NCBI GenBank assembly: GCA_010093815.1 | Contig: ML996568.1 | Length of the DNA: 64,000 nucleotides | Reading direction: 5' to 3' (one strand) | Origin: Pseudovirgaria hyperparasitica | Lineage: Eukaryota | Shown here: positions 10,788 through 21,992 of the stretch, in pieces | How positions within the stretch are numbered: the stretch's first letter is position 1 | Layout: the number at the start of each line of letters is the position of its first letter | Program-made: the position numbers and the translations under genes | Notes under the pieces: model-generated | What the model was told of the DNA's origin: nothing | What the model saw: only the letters and a program-made list of their open reading frames with translations | The model's database searches: none

Positions 10788-13473
10788 ATGAGAACGAGAA
10801 GGTCTAATCTACCTCAAGACGCAGACTCCTCTGTCAGTATCACCGATATGTCACCATCAACCATTTCACTGCCGTCAGTCAGGTTGTCAGTGCGCCCTAG
10901 GCCCCAAGGCTCCAGCACAACCAACACAGGTATCAGTGAAGTCGCAAACGCAGAGCCCCGAAAGAGTGGACAGGGCGTTGAGGCGATGGGCCATGGCGTG
11001 AAGGAGCTTTTGTCCGCTATAAATAAACTGGAAGAGCTCGGGATGGACAAGCTTGTCGTGAACCTGCCAAAGATCGTTGCGATTGGCGATCAGTCCGCGG
11101 GCAAATCGTCGACAATTGAAGCCATTAGCCAGATTCGCGTCCCAAGAAGTACGGGAACATGTACACGATGTCCTTTTCACCTGAACCTCACACATGTGGA
11201 CGATGGCCAGGGTGGAAGTAGTTGGTCGTGTACCGTTGAAATTCATCACAAGTACAGTTTCGAGGGTGTTCAACGCGGTCGAGCAATGAGTGGACCGTTC
11301 CCGGGCTGGCGACTTAACCATCAGCCTCTTATAACGCATTTCCAGAGGACGCACGATCAAGATGCTGTGGAGGAAATTCTGCGTAGAGCACAGTTTGCCG
11401 TCCTCAATCCCAACACCGACCCTCGAAAGTATGCCGAAAAAATTGAGGTTTCAACTTCACTCGCAGTAGAATTCTCACCTAATCCGATCGTCATCAATAT
11501 CACTGGACCACACTTACCTGATCTATCCTTGGTAGACTTGCCAGGTGTCATCACGCAAACAGAAGATGGCAAGAACACTCACCTCCCCAAAGTGGTCCAG
11601 AATCTGGTTAAGGACTACATTACTCCCAAGAATACAGTCATTCTTTTAGCATGTTCTATGGAGGGCGACATTGCCAACTCCAACGCGTCGAGCTTGCTCA
11701 GAAAGATTCGAGCGGAGAACAGAACTGTGGGTATTTTGACCAAGCCAGATCGGCTTCCGAAAGGCGACCCTGTAGACCTCTGGCAAGCTATTCTGGCTGG
11801 TCGGAAGTATCCTCTGAAACACGCGTATTACGTCACCAAACAACCTTCGCAGGCTGAAATGTCGTTTGTTGACCACGCTCAAGCGCGTCGTGATGAGGAG
11901 CACTTCTTCGAGTCTGAACAGCCGTGGTGCACTGAACTCGCGTCTTTCAGCGCCCAATTTGGAACCAGAAAGCTCCAGGAACGACTATCAGCACTACTGG
12001 CGTCGACCATATCTGCAAAGTAAGCCGTGATACCCCTTCTTACCTTATAGAATCATCGCTAATTGGAATAGTCTACCGGAGATCCGGGCTAAGATCGATG
12101 AGCGGATCTTGGTCATCGACAGGGAGCTCAGCCAAATACCCGAGCCTCCATCAGCTAACGCAGTACATGTGGTCCTAAGTCATTTGGACGAATTTGTATC
12201 TGCAGTGAGCACAGCCGTTGATGGCCTGTCTCCAAAGTACATGTTTCGAAATGAATGGAAGGATATTAAGAGCATGTTAAGCCAGGACCTCTTTGCATTG
12301 AGACCAAAGCTACGCATGGTATGTGCGGAAAAGCCAAAAGAGGAGGGTGCCAATATGAGCGTGATCGAATTGTCGGATGGAGAGCCGGACAACGACAGAG
12401 CTCCAGAGCCAGTGACCCCGAAGAAGCGCAGATTGAACCAAGAGGCCGTGTTCACCCCCAAGCGAAGCAACGCAGCCGTTCGCGGTATGTCAGACTTGGC
12501 GAGAAAGTTCTCACCTGGTGAGATAAAGAAAATCATCAAGCACCATTCTACATCCGACATGCCGACGGAGGTAGACCCGAGGGCAACAGAGTTCCTCGTG
12601 TTAGAATGTTTGACACACTGGGGCTTGGCCTCGTCACGACTGTTCAATGCTCTCAAGCGATCTTTGGATGGGACGATGAGGCAGGTATTTGAGGATGTAT
12701 TGGGTAAGTTTGCCACCACAGAACTCTACACAAAGACCTGGGATCACGTTGAGAATTTTGTATCTCTTCACTTCGGCCTACAGTTCGGCAAAGGAGAAGG
12801 TGCATGTGACCGACTCCTCCAATTGGAAACATACCGTCCTCTCACCGAGAACGAAACTGCATGGAAATATAACCGAGACCAAGAACTGGAGATTTTCCGT
12901 GCCGCCAGATATCGCCATCGAGCAATGGCGTACTTCGATAAAGTGGAGTCCTCCACTGGTAAACAGGTCAAGCTGGTAGATCGTGAGAGGAAGATTGAGA
13001 ATGACGCCGCTCTTCGATCACAGCTTGGAGAAGATCCCGACGAGGTCGAGGTCCAGCTCATGGCGAAGGTGAGGGGATACTACAACATTGCCTCTAGTCG
13101 TTTCTGTGATAATGTCTGCATGAGCGTCCAAGGTGAACTGTTCAAGGCACTTAGAACTGGCCTAAAGGAGGAGCTACTTGAAGGTCTCAACGCCACGGAC
13201 CAAAATGCCTGCATCCGGTTACTTGCTGAAGATCCAGAGCGCGAGGCACGCCGTCAAGATCTGAAGCAGCAGCGAGAGTCTCTGACGAAAGCGACACAAG
13301 TGTTGGACAGTCTGACGCTGAAGTATCGTGACGACAATCAGTCAGACGCCACCATGGAGGCCGACGAAGTCGACGAGGATGAAGACAATATTTCGCCTTC
13401 GCCGTCAAATGCTCGCGCTCGTCACTGTGCCCATCGTGCATCTGATACCGAATCCATGGACATGGAAGCATGA
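10788..13473 (+). CDS. Dynamin-superfamily GTPase, fungal Mx-like; exons 10788-12019, 12072-13473 (start codon uncertain)
   Basis: G1 GDQSAGKSS, G2 GTCTRCP, G3 DLPG, G4 TKPD. Stalk plus GED-like end (VRGYYNIASSRFCDNV..LLAEDPEREARR). Intron 12020-12071 GTAAGC..CTAAT..TAG. Confidence 0.9.
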
Positions 13474-14802
13474 GAAAGTCAAAGCCAGTGATCAGCTTCA
13501 CTCTACACTTCCAATTTCTAGCATTCATAAACCAGGTTGTCTCCCACCCAAAGCTTCCCCACTGAAACGTTCCTGAGTATCTGAAGGACCATGTCGCAGC
13601 GACTTTTCTGTGTCTTGGAGCATCCCCGTTCTGGATACGCATGATCGCTCACCATGGATTTCTATACGATATATCGATGGCAAGGGCGCTGTTATATGTT
13701 CATAATTCTTTACTTGTCGTTATCCGGCGATCGTTGTCCGCCCAGCCGCCATGGTTGGATGTCTACAGCTCAAAAGACTTATGTTATCCAAGCACCTCTT
13801 GTCTAGCAATCCCGAAAACCTTACGTAGCAATAAGAAACAATAGATACTTACCTTTCCCAACCTACCCCGGCATTTCCCATCGCACAAGAATCCTCCTCG
13901 TCCACGCCCTTGAGACTCGAGTACAAATACTGTCTGACCAAACACCACCCCTCTGCCCGCTTCTTCCTTCTCCATAGCTCATCACTTGTCCAACTGCACA
14001 TCATCCAGCGTATATCCCCCGCGCCGCAGTGCGAAGCTACGTACGAGGCTGAATCTGAGCTCTGACCCGTTTCCCCATCTCATGCACTAAGCAATTTTAA
14101 CGTCGTAGATCTCGCAAACGGCTCGACGGAACTCTACTAGCGCGTGTCGATCAGACCCTGCGTCCGCATCTTGGCGGACGGGAGTGATGTGGTGGAGGTG
14201 CAGATGCTACGAAATACGAGGAGGAATCGGCGCAAGTGCCGGCATTCAGGAAACGGGGAGGTGAGGTCAGATAGGGGTGAGACTACTGTAGCTGACTGTT
14301 CTATTAGGCGAATATCTGAGAATGACTCTAGCAGAGGTTAGTGGTTTGCAACGGTTGGGGGGTGGAAAGATCTGCATCCGGATGGTTGACGATTGCTCCG
14401 CGCGGAGGCGGAAGTTTTCTCATCCATGATGTGTAGAATCTGTATGCGATGGAAGTTTGCAGGACGGTACCGAGCTCAGCCATGCGTTGATGGGAGATTT
14501 AGGATATGATGATGGCTTACTAGGATCTATTGATGTCTTGATAGCTATGAGAATGAAAACAGTAAAAGCGCGATGATATAGGTGTGAATATACAGTTCCA
14601 CGGCCGCACAGTTCTATGCTGAGCGACACGCATGCCCAATCTGCCCTTGAAAAAGTATGTTGTATGTTGTATGCGAAAATAACCCAAGGTGTGTCAGTGA
14701 TGTAGTATTCGGGGCGTGCGTGTGCTGTTTGCGTCTTTCATTATCCCTCAACGCCAAAGAAACTCGTTCGCTATGCTACACTGCAGACCAGCTGCAGTCA
14801 CC

Positions 14803-15588
14803 TCACCGACCAGGGTTGTGGCCCTGGGCGCGGTTCCAGTACGCACGACGCTTCCTTTCGCGTGCCACGGCCTGTCTCCGTTCGTCTGGGTCCGTAGTAT
14901 TCTTGATCTGTTGTTCGTGCTCCTTTCTTAGTAGCTTCTCGATATCATGGCCATGAGCACTGATGCGTTTCATGGCGGGATCTGGCTCTTCCATTGGCTC
15001 TTGGTCTTTACGAAACATGTCGGCGAAGAAGCTGTTACGGTTACTGATGCTACGTGCCATGGAGTCGCGGTGTATCGTGGACCGGCGAGCTTGGGACATG
15101 CGGCCGCTGTTGATAGAGAGTGCTTGACTGATGCGGTTCTTCTGCTTGGGATCGTCGAAGCTGTCTGCTGAGCCGTAGCTTGGTCGGGGTGACGATCTGT
15201 GTGTAGAGACTGAAGTACGACGGGAGCTCTCGATAGACTCAACGAAGGATGGTCTGCGGCTGCTTGAGGCTCCCGAGGCGGTTGAGCTATCATCAGACGT
15301 ATCGCTGTCGAATGAAGCTCTCCGAAATGAATGCGAGAGAGTGGGATTATTCTCGAATCTGCTCATGCGGTTCGTCCGGGCCTTTCGAATGGCTTCAGCC
15401 CTGTCCATATCTGCAGCAGTAGGTAGCCTCGAGATGGTATCATTACTGCGAAGAGCCTCGCTCATTTGGGTGATCTCGCCGGACCATCTTTTCTGCTCTG
15501 CTCGTGAGATACGGTTGGCACGAGGTGCTTCTCTTTCGTCCAGGGCAGTGGAACTACCAAAGCAACAGAGGGAGAGAAAGCTGGACAT
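14803..15588 (-). CDS. Hypothetical Ser/Arg-rich protein, 261 aa
   Basis: Single ORF with ATG in TTCAATG context and a TATA-like element about 90 nt upstream. No recognisable domain. Confidence 0.7.
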   Translation of the reverse strand: MSSFLSLCCFGSSTALDEREAPRANRISRAEQKRWSGEITQMSEALRSNDTISRLPTAADMDRAEAIRKARTNRMSRFENNPTLSHSFRRASFDSDTSDDSSTASGASSSRRPSFVESIESSRRTSVSTHRSSPRPSYGSADSFDDPKQKNRISQALSINSGRMSQARRSTIHRDSMARSISNRNSFFADMFRKDQEPMEEPDPAMKRISAHGHDIEKLLRKEHEQQIKNTTDPDERRQAVARERKRRAYWNRAQGHNPGR

Positions 15589-16631
15589 TGAATGAGCGTT
15601 AGGGAGGCTGTTTCTAGCTCACTGGAACAACAGAAGTCCATGAGGAAAGGTAGTAGATAGGAGATGAGACAACTCTGCCATTACTGGGTATCAGCTAGAT
15701 ATAAAGTCTCCGTCAGTCTACATAGATTTAATGACATAACGAGCATTGCGGAGTACGCGGTGGCATAACAAGCTTTCGGACAGGGTCAGTAGTGCAGCTA
15801 GTGCCGGGCTGGAAATAGCAACATCATCGTGCATTACGGGATTGACGAGAAGTACTGGTTAGTGCCACGGAGGGAATATCAAAGGATTCTGGGAGTGTTC
15901 CTTGCAGAACATCAATGCTTGTTTGGGCAAGATTCAACGTCCAAGGGCTGGGCGTTTCCGGGTAGGCCGGCAGCCGGTATGAGAAGTACTGCGTCAACTT
16001 TCCCTTCTCGACTACACTACCTCATGTATACATCTATACTTTACTTCTCCGTTGCATACAATCACTGTGTCTTGTAGTAGGTAGTGCTCATCTCGGTATC
16101 TGCTTTATCATTGATTTTGTTGCCTGCGCCATGAAAGAATAACATTGTTTATTATATTGATCCTATGCCGAATGATACGCATACGTTCGGTCTCCGAAGA
16201 CTACTCCTATCAGAAAACATCCGCTACGATACCCGCAAGGCTAGTTACTTACCATGTGTCGTGAGGGTAAGCTTCACATGATTGATCCTCTCTTTGTTCG
16301 TCGAGACCTGCATTTCTGTTTACATTTTACGCTGACTGCCATCTTCACGGATCCAAGAAGCGGGAATAAAGGGATAAGACTATGATTTGAGATAAAGTTG
16401 ATTCATCGCGAGTATCACCGCTGATGCTAGCGTATTGCACTGCTAATTATACAGCTTGCCATAGCATTCAATGACCTCGGCGGACCGAATTGAGCTCACA
16501 GTAGCAGTTCGAGTAGAGCACCTTCTGTACCATTGGTAGCATGTAATGGAGTCTATTGATCAGGGACGAATTCTCTTGGTAATACTGCGTAGTACCTGGC
16601 TCGTATATCTGAGATTTGGCTCCGCATCTGA

Positions 16632-17698
16632 TTACACTGTCGACGATGGGAGCTCGATATGACCAGTGACAGGTTTCAGGAGCTCTGGTACTATCACAGA
16701 AGCATCGCCCTGGAAGAACCAGTCCATGCTCGAAATCCTGCCCTGAGGTATATCTCTCTCGTCCATGTTGATTGTAGCAACTCTTGCACCTTTGTCCCGT
16801 GCACAGTCTACATACCCGGCTGCAGGATAGACACTCGAACTTGTGCCAATGACGAGGATCAAGTCGATTGGTTCGGGATCCGATAGAAACCTATCCACGT
16901 CGTCTAGGACGTTTGATGGTAGCGATTCCCCAAACCACACCACACCAGGCCTGAGGAGACCTTTGTTACATTGTGTGCACCGAAGCCCTCCGTCCAGAAG
17001 TGCTTTGAAGGACAGATGCGGAATCTCGACGTCTGGATCAGAGATATCGAAGATGTTCGGGAGCTCGAGTAGAGGGATGATTGGGTCTGTGAAGTTCTGC
17101 TCTTTGTGCCTACAAAAGAATTCCGAACACTTAACCTCGGCAAGTGAGCCATGAAGAAGCTTGAGAGACTCCTTAGGATGGTTCGCGCGTTGAGATAAAC
17201 CTAGTAATGTCAAATATGAGTTCGTGAAAGAGTACAGAGACCTACCATCAACATTCTGCGACAGGCACATGAAGTGCTGGTTCTTCCGTGCAAATTCCGC
17301 CAGTGCGTAGTGTGCTCTATTTGGCTGCACGCTCATCGCCATATGCCTTCTATAAGAGTAGAATTGCCATACAAGACCCGGATCCCGAGAGAAGGCACCA
17401 GCTATAGCCGGTCAGTGTTCACATCGTCACAATTCAGAACGGCGCACGCACGAGTAGCCAGCTCTGTGGCATTAAACGCTGTGGAAAGTCAGCACAAACA
17501 CCTTATCCCCAGCTGCACAGTAGACATGTAGAGTGACTTACTCCTCCACAGTCCTCCAGCGCCTCTGAATGTTGGTAGACCTGATGCAGCTGACAGTCCA
17601 GCCCCGCAAAGCGCCAGCATTCTCTTCGACTTCACCAGATGCTCATGAAAGGATTGCAGTGCAGCTTCATTGATCTGTGTATGTGTTGCAAATGACAT
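16632..17698 (-). CDS. NAD-dependent deacylase, class III sirtuin (SIRT5/CobB-like); exons 17698-17542, 17478-17452, 17401-17246, 17200-16632
   Basis: [44 protein letters not shown], catalytic HGS, two Cys pairs, [19 protein letters not shown]. Three canonical introns and a 27-nt exon. Confidence 0.92.
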
Positions 17699-18128
17699 GG
17701 TTCTTTGTGTTATGTAAGATGATATATAATGCGAAGGCTGAATAACTCTCATGGAACGACTTCTGGTCGTTGGGAGAACTCGCAGGCAGGTGTTCGTATT
17801 TTAGGCAGCTATTCTGCATCGGAACTTGGTTGTTTCCGTGTTTGCATCATCATGACATGGAGTTCATTTGCAATAATACGTTCATTGAGAATGCTGAACT
17901 GCCAAGTACTCTGGAATATTGATTCGAAAAAACCTGATGGTCATTAGAACGATGGAGGATGAGAATGCATTTGGCATGTTAAAAGTGGGGTGATATGTGA
18001 TGCCTCAGGCACCCAACAGGTGTTTGACCAGCCGGCTGCGCGAGTCATGTTCCGATGCCGAACCGATCTGACGTCTCGTCTCGAAATTGTCAGAACATGC
18101 TCATTCGCGGCGTTGTTTGTCTGTGAGG

Positions 18129-19841
18129 ATGCGAAGGGCCGCACTCTGTGCACTCGGGAGAGGATTCATCCAGCCCGTATCACGATCAATCACACGGCGT
18201 CCTAACCTGTTACCCAAAGCTGTATTGGCGACGAACCAGCAAAGAACCCTGACCCAAGTTTCCGCTGCGGACCTTCAATTTGGACAGCCTTTACACGAGA
18301 CACATCCACATCTGCTGAAGCCTGGAGAATGTAACTCATGATTGAGTCCCTGGATGCCTATTGAGGCTAACCGTCTTATAGTAACTCCTGGCATCACCGC
18401 ACTTGAATATGCCGAACGACGCGCGAACCTCGCTCGCCAGCTTCCCACAGGAAGCTGTGCTGTATTGGCTGCTTCAGAGCTAAAATTCCGTTCTGGGGCC
18501 GTATTTTATGAGTTTGGCCAAGATACAGACTTCTATTACTTGACTGGTAATCTGCGACCTGGCTCGCGCTCACAGACTGGTGCTGAAGTGAACGCATAGG
18601 ATTCATGGAGCCGGAAGCTTTGGCAATCATTGGTGAATACATACGAGAACTATAACACTAGCACACCCTGACAATCCTCAGAAAAGACGGGCGAAGGCGA
18701 CGAACATACTTTCCACCTCTACGTACGTCCCAAAGATGAGCATGCGGAAAAATGGGAAGGCTTTCGCTCAGGTGTCCAAGCCGCCGAAGACGTCTTCAAC
18801 GCTGACGAGGTACCATTCCCTCTCTCTATTCCACTTCGTCGCTAATTGCACCAGGCTGGCGACATAACCCGCATCTCGAAATTCCTACCCAACATCCTCC
18901 GCCGCTCCACCACCGTATACACCGACCTGCCAGCCCCTTTCAACCCTTCCTCCCCCTTCGGCAAATACATCTCTGGCCATACCAAATCTAGCTCCTCAGG
19001 TCTTCCCTCTCTCCTCTCCGAGCTCTCCCGCTCTACCCTCAAACCTTTGCGCCCGCTCCTCAACAACCTGCGCATCATAAAGTCCCCTTCCGAAATAGCA
19101 TGTATGCGCCACGCCGGGCAGGCGTCCGGCCGCGCCTTCACAGCCGCCATGCGGCAAGCCTTCAAGGGCGAGAAAGATCTCTGGGCGTTCCTCGCATATA
19201 AGTTCAAGACAAACGGATGTGATGGCGAAGCATACGTGCCTGTCGTCGCAGGCGGCGCTAATGCATTGAGCATACACTACGTGCGCAACGACGCGTTGTT
19301 AGATCCAAAACATCTTGTGCTCGTAGACGCCGGCGGGAGCTATGGTGGGTACATCACCGATATCACCAGAACGTGGCCTGTAGGCGGAAGATTCAGCGAC
19401 CCACAGCGGGAGTTGTATGAGGTCGTCCTCGGCGTACAGCGCACATGCGTAAGTCTTTGTCGTGCCGATGCGCGGCTCTCGCTCGACCAAATTCACCGTA
19501 TCGCAGAGAACGGGCTCAAAGACGCCCTCAAAGGCTTAGGATTCGAAATGGGCTCCGGAGATGGTGTGTTGAATGAGTTGTTTCCGCATCATTTGGGGCA
19601 TTATTTGGGCTTGGATATACATGACTGTCCGGGGTATACGCGAGGCAAGGCGTTGGTTGAGGGACAAGTTGTGACCGTTGAGCCAGGGATTTATGTGCCC
19701 GACGATGAAAGGTATCCGAAGGCGTTTCGAGGAATTGGGATCAGGATCGAAGATAGTGTAGCAGTGGGAGAGGAAAACCCAGTATTACTGACGACGGAGG
19801 CAGTGAAGGAGGTTGTCGATATTGAGGCGTTGAGGGATTGA
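18129..19841 (+). CDS. ICP55: Xaa-Pro aminopeptidase (M24B), mitochondrial intermediate cleaving peptidase Icp55-like; 4 introns
   Basis: Arg-rich, acid-free presequence-like N-terminus. FGQPLHETHPHL, TPGITALEY, DAG..Y.TDITRTWP, HHLGHYLGLDIHD, TVEPG, GIRIED. Introns begin near 18331, 18547, 18633 and 18810. Confidence 0.88.
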
Positions 19842-20689
19842 GTTGTTTGGGTATAGTGAGGTGTCGGATGAAGTGTAGGATAAAAGTTTTACATGTACGA
19901 TATTGTATCTATGTATGTAAAAGAATGGACTATGATGTATATCATCACTGAACCTTTCAACGGTGTCCGTTCTGCGATATGTTTGGGTAGTATGTCGCGA
20001 GTAACATGCGCGATAGTGAAGAGCGGTGAGAATTGAGCTCACCACAGAGTTCGTGTACTGGTATACGTGAGCACGAGGATGTGAACAGAAACAAATAAAC
20101 CTGCAGGCGTGGACTTGAGCGAGAGGATTGGAGCACCAAGGTAGGGATGTGCTGGCATGAATGCCCAGGCTCTACTGAGTGTTGTGTTCGGTCAGAGCTA
20201 TGGCATCATGAACGCGAAGGCAGGCAGCGTGTGCGAGCTCAGACACTAGACCTCAAGAGCAGCATTATGTATGGATGGTATAGGCATCAACAAGCACAAG
20301 GACCAATGAAGAGACCAACAATAGATAGAAGAAGAAGAAGACAAGATCAATTGATAAAAGCAAAACTATATAAGTAGACAACCTCAGAGGTGAAGCGTGC
20401 GATTCCCGTATCTGAACAGCCCGTGAGGACCCTATCAGGCCAGGATATCCACCTTCGGCGAGCCGAAGCTCATCTCATTTCATCACAGGAAGTCAGTGCA
20501 GAGCCTCTTTCTCCAAACCCACCCTCGGGGCCTGGATTGAACCTTCACCCCTTTCGTCGTTGGATAAATCTCTTTCTCCCAGCACACATCGACGCCTCCA
20601 CGCCTTACAACTCCGCGCGCTCCTCCCCATTACCAGCGGTATGCCGGCTCAAACATTGCCCAACAGGACTTCACACCGCCAGGAAGCCT

Positions 20690-21045
20690 TTACGACACTG
20701 GTATTCCAAGCTCCAGGCCCGAGATCCAGCCTACCCCTCCCTGCTCCGCTTGTCGATCCGATCTTGTCTTACCCTCAGCGGTCGGTGATCTGGCTTCTTT
20801 AGCGTTGGGGGATGAGGGACTTGAACTTGAACCTTTTCCTTGGGTTTCCTTGGATTTCCTGGTGTTGCCTTGGGTTGCCTTGGTTTTACCTTGAGTTGCC
20901 TTGGGTGGATGGTGGGGACTGGTGATGTTAGCAAAAACGAAATGTCAGTGACAATGACTTACCTCGTCTCTGTTGCTTCCAAACTGGCAACAATAACATC
21001 GGCCGGTGGGAGGCTCGTTCGAGGAGCATGCGGCGGGCATGCCAT
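20690..21045 (-). other. Spliced orphan ORF (103 aa) or intron-containing lncRNA; intron 20919-20962
   Basis: Consensus 44-nt intron GTAAGT..GCTAAC..CAG. Splicing joins MACPPHAPRT.. to a K/T/Q/G/S-rich frame ending at TAA 20690. Confidence 0.35.
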
Positions 21046-21992
21046 TGAGAAAGGAGAGAGGAGTGTCGAATGTGCAAAAGAGATAGACAGCCAAGACTGT
21101 ACAGAAGGTACATACAAGGCATGTCAAGGAAACCAACTGGGCGGAGAAACCAACCCAAACTGGCGCTGCGATAGATGCTTGTGAACGGTGAAGTCCACTC
21201 ATCACTGTCTCAAGACTCGCAACTTGATGTGATCAACCCCAGCACAGGGGCACATCCAGCGGTGCGCACCTTTGTTCAACATATCCAGAGAACCGACGCC
21301 CTTACACGCCGAAGCTTTCGGGGTCCCAGTGAGCCGGACGCTTCCATTGCGGCAAGCTGCCCAAACCCTCCCATGCGTTAAGGGCGGTGACCGCGCATTC
21401 CATCTCCGCAGGCGTGTAAGCGGGTGCCTCGACGGGTGCAATATTGTCTCCAATCACGCAGGACGACGAAGGGCAGACGCATTGTTGGTCGAAGAGGCTT
21501 TTTGAAGATGTTGGACAAGGCACGCGATAACGCAAAGAGCTTGCCAGACACCGACTGATGGAAACACATAACACGATGCGATCAACTTGGAGAGCATCAT
21601 GTCGCAACAGCCGAAGCTCTCAGATGTGGTTGTGGAGAAAAGGAAAGGTGGGAAAGTGGGCGAAGTGAGCTGTTTATATAGGCGGACGCCAAGCTTCGCA
21701 CAGGCCAGGCCATCACAGATTTGATGACGATTGACCTGATGACTGGGACAGATTGGGGACGCTAGCAAGAAAAGTGAATGGGAATGACAGCGAACAATAG
21801 GAAAGGAGCCTATTGAGGCCCATCGCATGACGTCGTCAAGTGGCCTCATGTTACACCAAAGATATCAAAAGGGGGTCCTCAACGAAACAAGTGAACAAGG
21901 TGGGATATATTACGTTTCCTCTACTTTTTAAGGCGACAGTCATCTGCGCAAACCTTGAGATCCGTCCTGAACCAGTCGCCGACGAGGCATTG

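Noticed and set aside
13840..14100. Short minus-strand frames ending at a GTAAGT donor-like site
   Set aside because: No coherent start, acceptor or recognisable protein.
21301..21420. 10-bp inverted repeat CTTACACGCC..GGCGTGTAAG as an RNA stem or MITE ends
   Set aside because: Several such 10-bp pairs are expected by chance in 64 kb, and there is no target-site duplication or extended pairing.
19842..21992. Telomerase RNA candidate (2-kb ORF-poor gap with a splice site)
   Set aside because: I found no TAACCCTAA-like template on either strand by eye, and no RNase P/MRP, SRP or U3 consensus boxes.
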